Positions 25,980-39,794 of a DNA stretch of 64,000 nt are shown here, piece by piece; positions within the stretch are counted from its first letter, which is position 1, and every line of letters starts with the position of its first letter. A program made the translations under genes and the position numbers. The DNA comes from the human T2T-CHM13v2.0 reference genome, Homo sapiens, in NCBI RefSeq assembly GCF_009914755.1, contig NC_060947.1. The stretch is one strand, 5' to 3'. Below the pieces are notes generated by a model, which worked only from the letters and a program-made list of their open reading frames with translations, searched no databases and was not told where the DNA came from.

Positions 25980-28900
25980 TTGCTCCCACCTATACATGAG
26001 AATATGCAGTATTTGGTTTTCTGCTCCTGCGTTAGTTTGCTAAGAATAATGGCCTCCAGCTCCATCCATGTCCCTGAAAAGGACATGATCTTGTTCTTTT
26101 TTATGGCTGCATAGTATTTCATAGTGTATATGTACCACATTTCTTTACCTAGTCTATCACTGATGGGCATTTAAGTTGATTCCATGTCTTTGCTATTGTG
26201 AATGGTGCTGCAGTGAACATATGCATGCGTGTGTCTTTATGATAGAATGATTTATATTCCTTTGGGTATATACCCAGTAATGGGATTGCTGGGTCAAATA
26301 TTTCTGTCTTTAGGTCTTCGAGGAATCACAACACTGTCTTGCACAATGGTTGAACTAATTTACACTTGCACCAATAGTGTATAAGCATTCCTTTTTCACC
26401 ACAACTTTGCCAGCATCTGTTATTTTCTGTCTCTTTAATAGTAGCCATTCTGACTGGTGTTAGATGGAATCTCATTGTGATTTTGATTTGCATTTCTCTA
26501 ATGATCAGTGATGTTGAGATATTTTTCCTATGCTTGTTGGCTGCATGTATGTCTTCTTTTGAAAAGCCTCTGTTCATGTCCTTTATCCACTTTTTATGTA
26601 GTTGTGTGTTCTTTTCTTATAAATTTAAGTTCCTTATAGATGCTGGATATTAGACCTTTGTAGAATGCATAGTTTACAAAAATTTTCTTGAATTCTGTAG
26701 TTTGTTTTTTCACTCTGTTGATAGTTTCTTTTGCTGTGCAGAAGCTCTTTAGCTTAACTAGATCCCATTTGCCAATTTTTGCTTTTGTTGCAATTGCTTT
26801 TGGTGTCTTCATCATGAAATCTTTGCCTGTGCCTATGTCCTGAATGGTATTGCCTAGGCTGTCTTCTAGGGTTTTTATAGTTTTGGGATTTACATTTTAA
26901 GTCTTTAATTAATTTTGAGTTAATTATTTTACATAATGTAAGGAAGTAGTCCATTTTCGATCTTATGCATATGGCTAGCCAGTTAACCCAGCACCATTTA
27001 TTGACTAGGGAATCCTTTTCCCATTGCTTGTTTTTGTCAGGTTTGATGAAGATCAGATAGTGGTAGGTGTGCATTCTTATTTCTAGGTTCTCAATTCTGT
27101 TCCATTGGTCTATGTGTCTGTTCTTCTACTGGTACCATGTTGTTTTGGTTACTGTAGCCCTGTAGTATTTTTTGAAGTCAGTAGTGTGATGCCTCCAGCT
27201 TTGATCTTTTCACTTAGGATTGCCTTGGACGTTTGGGCTCTGTTTGATTCCATATAAATTTTAAAATAGTTTTTTCTAGTTCTGTGGAGAATGTCAATGG
27301 AAGTTTGATGGCAATAGCATTGAATCTATGAATTGCTTTGGGCAGTATAGCCATTCTAACTATATTGAATCTTCCTTTCTATGTGCATGGAATGTTTTTC
27401 CATTTGTCTGTGTCATCTGTGATTTCTTTGGGCAGTGGTATGTAGTTCCTCTTGCAGAGATCTTTCACCTCCCTAATTAACAGTATTCCTAGATATTTTA
27501 TTCTTTTTGTGGCAACTGTGGATGGGAGTTCGTTTGTAATTTGGTGCTCGGTTTGACTGTTGTTGGTGTATAGGAATGCTAGCAATTTTTGCACATTGAT
27601 TTAGTATCCTGAGACTTTGCTGAAGTTACTTATCAGCTTAAGAAGCTTTTGGGCTGAGACGATGGGGTTTTTTACATAAAAGATTACATCATCTACAACC
27701 AGGGATAGTTTGAATTCCTCTCTTTCTATTTGGATGCCTTTATTTATTTCTCTTGCCTGATTACCCTGGCAAGAACTTCCAATTCTATGCTGAATAGAAG
27801 GGATGAGAGAGGGCATCCTTGTAATGTGCCAGTTTTCAAGGGAAATGCTTCCAGCTTCTGACCATTCAGTATGATATTGGCTGTGGGTTTATCATACATG
27901 GCTCTTATTATTTTGAGGTATGTTACATCAATACGTAGTTTATTGAGAGTTTTTAACATGAAAGGATGTTGATTTCTATCAGAAGCCTTTTCTACATCTA
28001 TTCAGATAATCATGTGGTTTTTGTCTTTAGTTCTGTTTATGTGTTAAATCACATTTATTGATTTGTATACATTGAATCAACCTTACATCCCAAAGATGAA
28101 GCCTACTTGATAATGGGGGATAAGCTTTTTAATGTGTTGCTGGATTAAGTTTTCCAGTATTTTGTTGAGAATTTTTGCGTTGATATTCATCAAGAATATC
28201 AGCCTGAAGTTTTATTTTATTTTTATTTTTTTGTATCTCTGCCCAGTTTTGGTATCAGTATGATGCTGGCCTCATAGAATGAGTTAGGGAGGAGTCCCTC
28301 CTTTTCAATTTTGTGGCATAGTTTCAGTAGGGATGGTACCAGCTCCTTTTTGTACACCTAGTAGAATTCAGCAGTGAATTCATCTGGTATGAGGCTTTTT
28401 TGATTGGCAGGCTATTTATTATTGCCTCAATTTCAGAACATTTTATCAGTCTGTTCAGGGATTAAATTTCTTCCTGGTTCAGTTTTGGGAGGGTGTATGT
28501 GTCCAGGAATTAATTCTTTTATTCTAGATTTTCTAGTTTATGTGCAAAAAGATGTTTATAATTTTCTCTGGTGGTTGTTTGTATTTCTGTGGGGTCAGTG
28601 GTAATATCTCCTTTATTGTTACTTAGTGTATTTATTTGAATTGATCTCTTTTCCTCTTTACTAATCTAGCTAGTTGTCAATCTATTTTATTATTTTTTCC
28701 AAAAAAAAAAAAACCCAGCTCCTGGATTCATTGGCCTTTTGAATGTTTTTTCTTGTCTCTATTTCCTTCAGTTTAGCTCCAATTTGGGTTATTTCTTGTC
28801 TTCTACTAGCTTTAAAGTTTGTTTGCTCTTGGTTCGCCAGTTCTTTAGTTGTGATGTTAGGTTGTTAACTTGAGATCTTTCTAACTTTTTGATGTGGTCA

Positions 28901-29816
28901 TTTAGTGCTATAAATTCCTCTCTTAATTCTGCCTTAGCTGTGTCCCAGAGATTCTGGTACGTTGTATCTTTGTTCTCATTAGTTTCAAATAACTTCTTGA
29001 TTTCTGCATTAATTTCATTATTTAACCAAGTCATTCAGGAGAAGGTTGTTCATTTTCCATGTAATAGTATGGTTTTGTGTGAAATTATTAATCTTGAGTT
29101 TTATTTGATTGCACTCTTGCCTGAGAAACTGTTATGATTTCAGTTGCTTTGCATTTGCTGAGGATTGTTTTACTTCCGATTATGTGATCAGTTTTAGAGT
29201 ACGTGCCATGTGGCAGTAAGAAGAATGTATATTCTGGTGTTTTGGGGTGGAGAGTTCTGTAGATATTTATCTGTTCCATTTGATACCATGCTGAATATCT
29301 TTGTTAATTTTCAGGTTCTGAATATCTTTGTTAATTTTCTTTCTCAATGATTTGTCTAATATTGTCAGTGGGGTGTTAAAGTCTCCCACTATTATTGTGT
29401 GGGAGTCTAGGTCTCTTTGAAAATCTCTAAAATCTTTCTTTATGAATCTGAGTCTTCCTGTGTTGAGTAAATATATATTTACGACAGTTAGATCTTCTTG
29501 CTGAATTGAACACTTTACCATTATGCCCTTCTCTGTCTTTTTTGATTTTTATTGGTTTAAAGTCTGTTTTTTCAGAAACTAGGATTGCAACCTCTTCTTT
29601 TTTGTTGTTGTTTTGTTTTCCATTTGCTTGGTAGATTTTCCTCCAACCCTTTGCTTTGAGCCTATGTGCCACTGCAGGTGAGGTGGGCGTCTTGAAGACA
29701 GCATATCAATGGGTCTTGGTAATTTATTCAATTTACCACTCTTTCTTTTAAATGGGGGTATTTAGCACATTTACCTTTAAGGTTAGTATTGATATGTGTG
29801 GATTTGATCCTGTCAT
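25980..29816 (-). pseudogene. Disrupted LINE-1 ORF2p
   Basis: ATG at 29816 (MTGSNPHISI); [36 protein letters not shown] (degenerate FADD motif), [10 protein letters not shown]. Confidence 0.88.
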
Positions 29817-29879
29817 CATGATGTTAGCTGATAATTTTGCAGAACTGTTTATGTGGTTGCTTTATAGTGTCACTGGTCT

Positions 29880-30960
29880 GTGTACTTCAGTGTGTTTTTG
29901 TAGTCGCTGTTAACAGTCTTTTCTTTCCATATTAAGTGCTTTCTTTAGGAGCTCTTGTTAGGAAGGTCTGGTGGAAATGAACTCCCTTGGCATTTGCCAG
30001 TCTGAAAATGATGTTATTTCTTCTTTGATGAAACTTAGTTTTGGCCACATATGAAATTCTGGGTTGGAATTTCTTTCTTTCTTTCTTTCTTTTTTTTTTT
30101 TTAAAGAATGTTGAATGTTGGCTTCAAATCTCTTATGGCTTGCAAGGTTTCTGCTAAGAGGTCCACTCTTAGTCTGATGGGCTTCCCTTTGTAAATGACC
30201 TGACCTTTCTCTCCAGCTGCCTTAACATTTTTTCTTTCATTTTGACCTTAGAAAATCTGATGATTACATTTCTTGGAGATGATCTTCTCGTGGAGGATCT
30301 TATTGGGGCTCTCTGCATTTTCTGAATTTGAATGTTGGCCTGCTATCTAGGTTGGGCAAGTTCTCATGTATGATATCCTGAAACATGTTTTCCAAATTGA
30401 TTCCATTCTCCCCATCTCTTTCAGGTACCCCAACCAGTCATAGATTTGGTCTCTTGACATAATCCCATGTTTTCTGGAGTTTTTGTTCACTCCTTTTTAT
30501 TCTTTTTTCTCTATTCTTGTCTACCTGTCTTATTTTAGAAAGACAGTATTCAAGCTCTGAGATTCTTTCCTCTGCTTGGTCTATTCTGCTATTATACTTG
30601 TGATTGCATTATGAAATTCTTGTAGTTTTTTTTTTTTTTTTCAGTTCTATCAGGTCAGTTACATTCTTCTTTATACTGGCTATTTTGTCTGTCAGATCCT
30701 GCAATGTTCTATCATTATTTTTAGCTTCCTTGCATTGGGTTGCAATGTGCTCCTTCAGCTCAGTGAAGTTTATTTTTATCCACATTCTGAATTCTACTTC
30801 TCTCATTTCAGCCATCTCAGCCTCAGCTCAGTTCCAAACCCATGCTAGAGATGTGATGCAATCATTTAGAGGCAAGAGGGCACTCTGGCTTTTTGAATTT
30901 TCTGTGCTCTTCTCCTGATTCATGCTCATCTTTTTGGGCATATTTACCTTCAATCTTTGA
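29880..30960 (-). pseudogene. Disrupted LINE-1 ORF1p
   Basis: AEMREVEFRMWIKINFTELKEH...DLIELK coiled-coil-like piece upstream of ORF2. Confidence 0.75.
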
Positions 30961-32342
30961 GGTTGCTGACCCTTGAATGGTTGGATTTTTTTTTTTCTTA
31001 ATCTGGCTACTCTTCCATAGGGCTGGTACAGTTTTCTGGGGGTCCACTCCAGTACCTAGTCACCTGAGATTTTCCAGTACCTGGAGGTATTCCCAGTAAA
31101 GGCTGTGAAACAGCAAATATGGCAGCCTGCCTGTCTCTCTGGGAGCTCTGTCCCAGGGAAGTATGGACCTGTTGCCAGCCTGAATGCAGGAGGTGGCTAG
31201 AGACCCTGGTTGGGAGGTCTCACCCATTCAGGAGGAACGGTATTGGGGACCTGCTTAAAAAAGCAGTCTGGCCACAATTTTGTACAGCACTGTACTTATG
31301 CTGGGGTATTTTTTCTGTCCCTGGTTGGGTTGGGCTCTCCACAAGGTGGAGGTGGGACCGCTAAGTTGCCCAAATGGCAATAATTCTTGCCCACCCCTTC
31401 TTCTGGGAGCTCTGACCCAGGAAGTTCTCAAATCTCTGTCAGCCAGAAAACACTGGTGGGTGTGGCTGGAGGCCCTGGTTGGGAGGTTCTGCCCAGTGAG
31501 GGGCTATGGATCAGGGATCCACTTAAAGAAGCTATCTGGCCACATTTTTGTAGAGCAGCTGAGCTATGCTGGGGGATCCCTTCTGCCTCCTATTGATTTC
31601 GACTCTCCAAAGCCCACAGGCTGGAATGGTTGAGTCACCCAAACGGCAAAGATGGAGGCTCGTCCCATGCCCCAGGAACTCCATCCCAGGCAGGTGCAAC
31701 ACTGTTGGTGGTGGATGGCTGGAATTCCAAGCCAGTGGGTCTTATCCTGTGAGGCACTGTGGAAGTGGGGCCTGCAGGCCATCATTGTTCATCTCTTGGA
31801 TGAACATTGTTCAGCCTCTTTTCTAGGGGTATGTATGGAGGTGTCACCTCCCACTTTGCCGGAGTTGCAGTTACTTTTGCCAGGAAGCCCAGAGCTGGAG
31901 TATGTAAACCTCCTAAATCTCCACGTGTGCCTGAGTAGCAGCTCTACTAAAGCTCCACATAGCTCTGTGTGTCAGACTGAAGGCCCTGGTGGGGGGGTTC
32001 ATGAGGGAATCTCCTGACCCAAGGGTTGCAAAGGTCAATGGGAAAAGCATGGTTTCCCAAGGTCACACATTCACTCACCACTTCCCTGGGTTGGGGAGGC
32101 CCCCTTGGCTTCATGTCACTCCCTGGTGGGGCATTATTTTGCCTTGCTTTTCTCCATTTTCTTTGGGTTAAATTGTTTTCCTTGATTAGTCCCAATGCAA
32201 GTAACTGAATGTTTCAGTTGAAGGTTCTGTATTTACTCACCCCTTTCATTCCTTTCCATGAGAGCCACACACCACAGCTGCTTCTAGTCAGCCATCTTTG
32301 GAGAACTCCCTCTTGTACATATTCTTAATCATCCTCCTAGAC

Positions 32343-32560
32343 CAAAGGTTGGCAAAATTATTCTGTAGATGGCCAGATAATAAATATTTAAGGCTTTGAA
32401 GGCCATACAGTCTCTGTAACAACTACTCAGCTGAGCTGTTAAAATGTAAAAGCAGTCACAATGTGTAAATGAATTAGCATGGCTGTATCACAATAACATT
32501 TATTTACAAAACAGGAAGAGGGTAGGATCTAGCATGCAGGCCATAGCTTGCTGACCCCTG
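32343..32560 (-). mobile_element. MER58A-like hAT-Charlie MITE
   Basis: Ends caaaggttggcaaa / cttgctgacccctg; ggccagataataaatattt; ggccatacagtctctg. Confidence 0.88.
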
Positions 32561-32894
32561 CCCTCTAATAAATTCCTAGAAAGCTAATTGATAAGGTAAG
32601 AAATATATGTGTTTAAGGATTTTGATATATATTACATCATAGGCATTCAGAAAAAAGGTACCCATTTACACTCTTTCTGGTGATGAATGCGATCACCTGT
32701 TTTCCCATGTCATGATAATTTTTAAAGAGATAGGACCACAAGACCCAAGGAAAACTATCCCCCCCCCCAACTTAAAAAAATTAGACCACTACAATCTGAG
32801 CCTGGAATCTTGTAACAGTTTTCCTTATGAAGATTCAAAATTGCCTATCTAGAATTGTGGTGAAAGTATCATTATTAAACATAAAGTGTTATCA

Positions 32895-33376
<482 letters not shown>

Positions 33377-33899
33377 AGCAGCTGATACTTCAGAGCATGG
33401 GAATGTGTTCTGCCGTGGGATTTTAAACAGCCAGTGTAAAGAAAGTTACACACAGCTGCATGTCCACAGATATTTCCCACTGGGTTTAGAGGCTGGTGTC
33501 ATTCTGAGTCCCACATTCATTTGCCTTTTCAGCCTAGTCACTTCAGGCTTTCTCTCTCACTAAACAAAACTCTGGAGTGTGGTGGAGAGATGTTAGGAGG
33601 GATGCAGAGACATGTGGTGACAGAGGGAAACTGAGGAAGAGTCAAAGAGACAGAAAGAAAAATTGATGGAAGAAAGAGAGAGTTTGGAAAGGTGTCTGAA
33701 GACTTTGACATCAGAACTCTCAAAAAAATGGATAAACTTTATACCATAAGGAATTCTGAGAGAGAAAAATAAAGGGCATAGAAAAGATTCCTGAGGAACA
33801 ATTGGCTGGTTTATATTCCTGTGCATCCCTCACTCTGAGTCTTATACACAGACCAGATTAATGCATTACTGGTTCCCCAAATCACAGTAATAGCAGAGT

Positions 33900-34055
33900 C
33901 GCTTAATAGTTTTGTAACTCTGGGTAAGTTTACTTAGTCTTCCTGAGCTTTAGCTTACTTATCTGTAAAATAAGGATATTACCATTTACCAGGTATGTTA
34001 GCACACTGACTAGTACATAACATTTGTTCAATAAATGGTAACTGCTATCAGCTAC
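33900..34055 (+). mobile_element. MIR fragment
   Basis: tgtaactctgggtaagtttactt...atctgtaaaataagga...ttcaataaatggta. Confidence 0.7.
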
Positions 34056-34782
34056 CATTACCACCACCATCATCACTAAGATATCTGGAGTACCCCCCCG
34101 TCCACTATGACAGCCATCCTGACCTTAAAACCACAATTGCCTTCCAACACGAAGTAAAAAGTAGATTAGATGAGAGTTGTCCAGGGCCAGTCTCCTGTAG
34201 CACAGGTCTCAAGTATTTGTTAATTTGTATCCTAAGATATTTTTTCTCACTACATTCATTGGCTATTGTGGTTCATATTTGTGAATGTGTTTGTGGGTGT
34301 GTGTGTATGTGTGTGTTGGTTTTGTGGGCTTTTTAATCAAGAGCCTCTATGAATTGAAGGTCATCATTTACTGAGGTGATGATATTATTTACTGAAGTGA
34401 TAATATTATTTTACCCTGCACAGCAGTTGTCTGTTTTGCAAATTCATTTATTCAGAATATAAGTCCTGCTCACAATAGAAGTAAGCTTTCAATTCTTGAT
34501 ATTCCATTGTTTAACCTAGCCATTTACAAAGAGAGAGAAAAGAGAAAACTGGAAATTAAACCACAGTAAGCAAGTGAAGCAAACAAACACTTGCAAATCA
34601 TGGAATGCTAGAGTCTGAAGAAACCATCGTGATTGTCTAAAAACATCTAGTTATAGCAGAGAAAGGTTGAGGTCGACAGACAAATGAAGAGTAAGGTTTT
34701 AAAAATCAAATACAGGGCTTCAAATTTGGGGTTTCTGATGTTTAATACTATGCTTTTCTTTCCTGCTTAAAGATATGAAACA

Positions 34783-35153
<371 letters not shown>

Positions 35154-35581
35154 TTAGGCTTACTCCACATTGCAGAACAAATAAGCAGAAGAGAGCACTA
35201 TGAGAAAACAGAAGGGAAAATAGGAGTGGAGATAGGGTGCATTCATACTCTGCATTGTCAGCAACTGGCTTTGGTTTGTTTGGTTTGAGGATTGGGGGAG
35301 GAGCAGCAGCTTGTATACTTATGGTTAACTCTTTGATCTCTGCCAAAACTTATTAAGTTCTGGAGTTAAACTTGAACATGAATAAGTGAACTTCTAATGT
35401 AAATAAGTGAACTTCTAATGTAAATTAAACCAATTCTATCGACCTTTGACTATTATCAGTTTCAGATTTGATGTGTGTCTGCTAAAGTTGGAAAAATAGA
35501 TGCTAAGTATGGACTAAAAAGATTCTTCCTCTTTCATTATCACTGGGCTATGTAATAGTATGAAAGTCGTTGTGGGGAGTG

Positions 35582-35585
<4 letters not shown>

Positions 35586-35618
<33 letters not shown>
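35586..35618. repeat. (GT)n microsatellite
   Basis: Direct reading. Confidence 0.97.
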
Positions 35619-35619
<1 letters not shown>

Positions 35620-36253
35620 ATGCGTAGTAGACTTAGTAAACAAATTACAATCCCTGACATAGTCTGAGTATAGTTTGTTTGATCTTACATGAGTGTTGAA
35701 TATTTTATTGAGAGGTACTGAAAAATACAATTTTGCAAAAAGCTCAGACTTTGGTTGCTTGTTTGCTTTTCCTTCCTTTTCTGATAGAATGAGCTCTAAT
35801 GGTTGATTAGACAGCTGATAAACCGTGATGATATAAAAGTTATGGCTATTTTGCAAGAAATAAGCTAAAAAACAGAAGAGAAATTCTGCGGGTAAGGTGA
35901 GGAGGAAAATGTCCTTTTAACTTATTGGAGTTTTGCTAGTCACGACATGATGGCATTATTGGGAGACTGGAGAAATACAGAGGAATATGTTCACTTGATC
36001 TGAGGCAAAATATGGGATTTGGGGAAATGAATTTTTTACACAAAAATAAGCCGAGTTTCATCCTATTATTTTTGTGGTTTGAGTGGAGACAGGGTGCTGA
36101 GAAATAGTTGGATCTTCCAATTCCTTGATGGACCTGTAGTTTACAGTGAATGCAGACTTTTTCCAAGTCTCATTTTATAGTTATTAATACTTAAGTTTAC
36201 TACTACGGCAACTTACCAGCTTTGCCTATGTTTGATATTATTTGATATAATTT

Positions 36254-36346
36254 TTTAAAAATAAATGTTAACATGTATATTTAAGGTATACAATGTGATG
36301 CTATTCGATATATATAGATAGTCTAAAGGTTACCATAGTGAAACAA
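36254..36346 (-). mobile_element. Tiny old L1MA 3' terminus with diverged TSD
   Basis: tgtatatttaaggtatacaatgtgatg; flanks attatttgatataattt (36237-36253) / attatttaacataattt (36347-36363). Confidence 0.75.
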
Positions 36347-37892
36347 ATTATTTAACATAATTTATCCCAAGTCTCTAGTCTTTAAAAAAGTTGTTTCAAG
36401 CCTTCGGAAGTTTATTACTAATGAATACTGAAAACATTCCCTTCAAAAGCAGCATAAGTCATTAAAAAGTTACACATACAATGACTCAACACTTGACAAC
36501 TTTATTGTAATTACAACATTTTATAGCTCTATTTACATTATTCCTACACAATAGGAACCACAAAGTACAAAAGACTTAGTCTGGTTATACATGTTACACT
36601 CAATGAACAATTTGCAAATTAAGGCTAATACTTTATGTTCGGAGTCTTATTTTTCTCATTGAGATCATTTTTCTGTTATAGTTACAAAAATAATGTGGCT
36701 TTGGAAGAACTCAATACGTGGACAGATTCTGAGTCAATAACAATGTCATTTAAAACAACTTCTACAATCAGAAGTGGCCTTCTTTCTTTGTGTAAGTTTT
36801 ATTGCTAATAAACAGTCTAGAAGTTATATGTGAAAAAGTAAAAGAATTGAAAAAAGGAATCTAATAACACTGACAAACTAATGGAAACCACAGTAACTTG
36901 AAAAATCTGCAAATTGAGATAAATATTCAGTAGATTATTATAAAACTGCATTGAATTAACTACTTTCCCCAAGATATTTAAAATTTTCATTAAGGCTGGT
37001 AATTGAAATTTGCATTGCCCAGAGGAAAAGAAAAATGATTATATTGTTTACCCTCATCTGTAATCAAATTTTTGTCAATTATAGAAGGCATGGAATTAGG
37101 ACAATTTTAAATGTCACCAGATTAAAAAATTTTTACCTCCCAGTGTTTCATCTTTTTCCCTCAAATGGAAAGTAATATCAATTAGCCCAACACAACTAAT
37201 ACAGGCTTAAATTATGAATTTATCCTTATAAATATTGAAATATAACACTTAACACCCTCTTGATTGAAGCTGAGAAATTTGATTGAATCTGAAAAACTAT
37301 GTAGTATGGGTTGAATACTAGGTAGACGGGATTCCAATATTTTCTGTGTTCCATCACTAACCCACTTGTTGAGTTGTCTACCCTATTTCAACTTGCATTT
37401 ATCTGTCAGAATTACTATAATATATTTTATTGCATAGTAATTGTGCCATGAGGATGGGGACTTGGGGAAGCAAAATAATTCTAATTATATAATAGCCATG
37501 TGTGAGATCTATACTATGAATATAAAGGGTTCTTTAGTTTTATATGGTGAGGTCTCTGGCAGAACTAAAGGGTTGCAGAGGGCAAATATGAATCATGTCA
37601 GTAGCTACATCCTTAGGAAAATGGTAGGGAGAAAGAAGAGGTTTAAGTATCTCCCAAGTGGTACCAGGAAGGTTGAGGAATGTTCTAATAGCTCAAAAAG
37701 GCTGATGAATACTCAGGCACCATCTATAATAGAAAGTATGAATGACTCAAGAAATTTTATTTCAGTGACATCCTCACCGAGAATATAGCCTCTCTAGTAG
37801 CTTGCCACCACCCAAGAACTCCTCCTTTGATTTACAGCATTACTTTTTCTGGAAGTCACTTGTGACAAGTCATTATTCCCCCAATATATTCA

Positions 37893-38072
37893 CAGTGGTT
37901 CTCAAACAGGGCTACGCATTAGACACATCTGGGAAATCTGTTTATAGTACAGACTTGTAGACCTTATTCTAAGAGCTTCTGATTCAGTATGTCTCCTCTG
38001 AGGCCCTGGAGTCTACATACCTGCCACACTATTCAGGTGATTTGATGCTGCAGATTAGTATTTAAGAATCAT
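37893..38072. mobile_element. MER5-like hAT-Charlie MITE
   Basis: cagtggttctcaaac...ttctgattcagta...caggtgatt.gatgc...tttaagaatcatt. Confidence 0.7.
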
Positions 38073-39084
38073 TTCATTAGTAGACATTAATAATAACTGG
38101 TGATTGATTTTATTTTTCTCATTTACTAAGGTCTACAGGAATAAGAGAAAGAAGAGGTTAAGGATTTCTTTGACGGAAAGATGGAAAGAGGTTCAGAGCT
38201 GAGCGATACCTTGGGAAGAAAACACAATTCAGAAGAACAAACAGTGAAAAGGCTGCAAAAAGATATGGGCTACCTGAGGAAAAAAGTTTTCCAAAAGGAA
38301 ATGAGAAGGCTATGAATTGTAACACAAAAGTTATCTGTGTCATAATTTTGTGCAGATAGATCTCAAGTATTCTCAACCACCAAGCGATGGACCTCCACAT
38401 CCAGAGTTTCCTGCCTAGACCTCATTAGGAAATAAGATGCAGTGGAGAAAACAAGGACATTAGGGGTGTGTCTACATCAAGCATTGTGAAACACTTAATT
38501 ATGGTTATTTTCTGTGATCATGAGAATTCCAGGTGACACTCCTGTCAACCCATTAAAATTTATGTTGTGACATTTAGAATATCTTAGCTATGACCTTTTT
38601 CCCAGGATCATTTCTCCCCATCTCTTCCCAAAATATCCAAAACTAATTACAAAAGGCCCTAACACACTTTTTTAAAGATTTGGAGTCTTCATTGGATTCT
38701 CCCACAGTGATCATGGGTTTTTCATATTGAAATATAAACCTGGCCTAACTGCCAAAGATATTTAATGTGAATATCTGAAAAATATTGAATAGTGGCAACA
38801 ACTGGGAACGTTGGGAATGTGTCTAATTATAACACTTTAATGTAAGCCCAGGTATAGGCATCAGAAAGCACCAGCTAATTTACCTACTGCTTCATTTTCT
38901 GTGCTAAGTGCTTGATTTTAGCACTTCCATCTTATAGGATCTTACTTGGTTTCAGAAGGAGTCTCTGTTTTGTAGAGAAAAGTTACTGTTTGAAGCTGTG
39001 CTGACTCTCTTATGAATCTCTGGTCCCAGAAAACAGAAATGACAGAGATCACAGGGAAGAGGATGATATAAAAGCTAACAAAAC

Positions 39085-39285
39085 TGATTGCTTACAATAC
39101 TTCAGGCTCTGTGCTGTGATTTTGAAACACAGTGTCTCATTCAATCCTCAAAACAATTATGTGAGGTAGGTAATGTAATTATTTGCATTTTACAGATAAG
39201 GAAACTGAGGATAAGCCAGGCTAAATTAATTTTACAAGGTCACACAGTTTTAAGTGACAGAACTCGAACTCAAGCAAAGATCCAT
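39085..39285 (-). mobile_element. MIR
   Basis: tctcattcaatcctcaaaacaa...cattttacagataaggaaactgagg...caaggtcacacag. Confidence 0.88.
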
Positions 39286-39747
39286 CTGAAGCTTGAAACA
39301 ATATACTGAAATAGTAGATCTCATAAGACAAAATAATTCAATTAAATTTTAGGACCTGGATATGGTACTGCTATAAGTGGACCACAAAGAGGTCATCTCC
39401 TAAAGCATACTAGCTACACCTAGTTATGTAAAACCTAACCTAGACTACCCACACAGATGCTGGGTATGGCTGACAGTCATGATCCAGCTCTTCAGAGCAC
39501 TACATAATGAAGTTGCAACCTCCTTCAGGAGCTTTTTTCCTCCCCTTACATGTTCCTATATTATATTTTTATAGATACCTCATTGTAGGACTTTGCCTAT
39601 TCCGTATGTTCCCACCCATTAAGGATAAAAATCTGCCCATGAAAAAGTTAAGGAGTAAAAGAAAATAAATCTCAAATTCTTACACTAAAATTTGCAAATC
39701 AACAATATGTAATTTTCATTAAGCTAAGGACCTATTTACACTTCTTT

Positions 39748-39794
39748 TATTAGGTTGGTGCAAAAGTAATCCGGGTTTTTGCTATTATTTTTAA
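39748..39794. mobile_element. Half MADE1 (Hsmar1-derived MITE)
   Basis: tattaggttggtgcaaaagtaatccgggtttttgctattatttttaa is one MADE1 arm; second arm absent. Confidence 0.85.

Larger units (their letters stand above)
25763..32310 (-). mobile_element. Full-length (~6.5 kb) L1PA13-like LINE-1
   Basis: 3'UTR ttaagttcaggggtacaagtgcagg; ORF2 and ORF1 remnants; GC-richer 5'UTR at ~31.0-32.3 kb ending gcttctagtcagccatcttt. Confidence 0.93.

Noticed and set aside
31190-31590. Two ~110-bp diverged direct repeats
   Set aside because: Most likely intrinsic repeats of this L1PA 5'UTR type rather than locus-specific
35825-36003. RTGATGA ... CTGA as a C/D-box snoRNA
   Set aside because: No terminal stem, atypical spacing and no recognisable guide sequence
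37441-38430. 115-aa ORF and an exon-like purine-rich stretch after actaag (38130)
   Set aside because: No recognisable protein similarity, non-ATG start and no convincing donor
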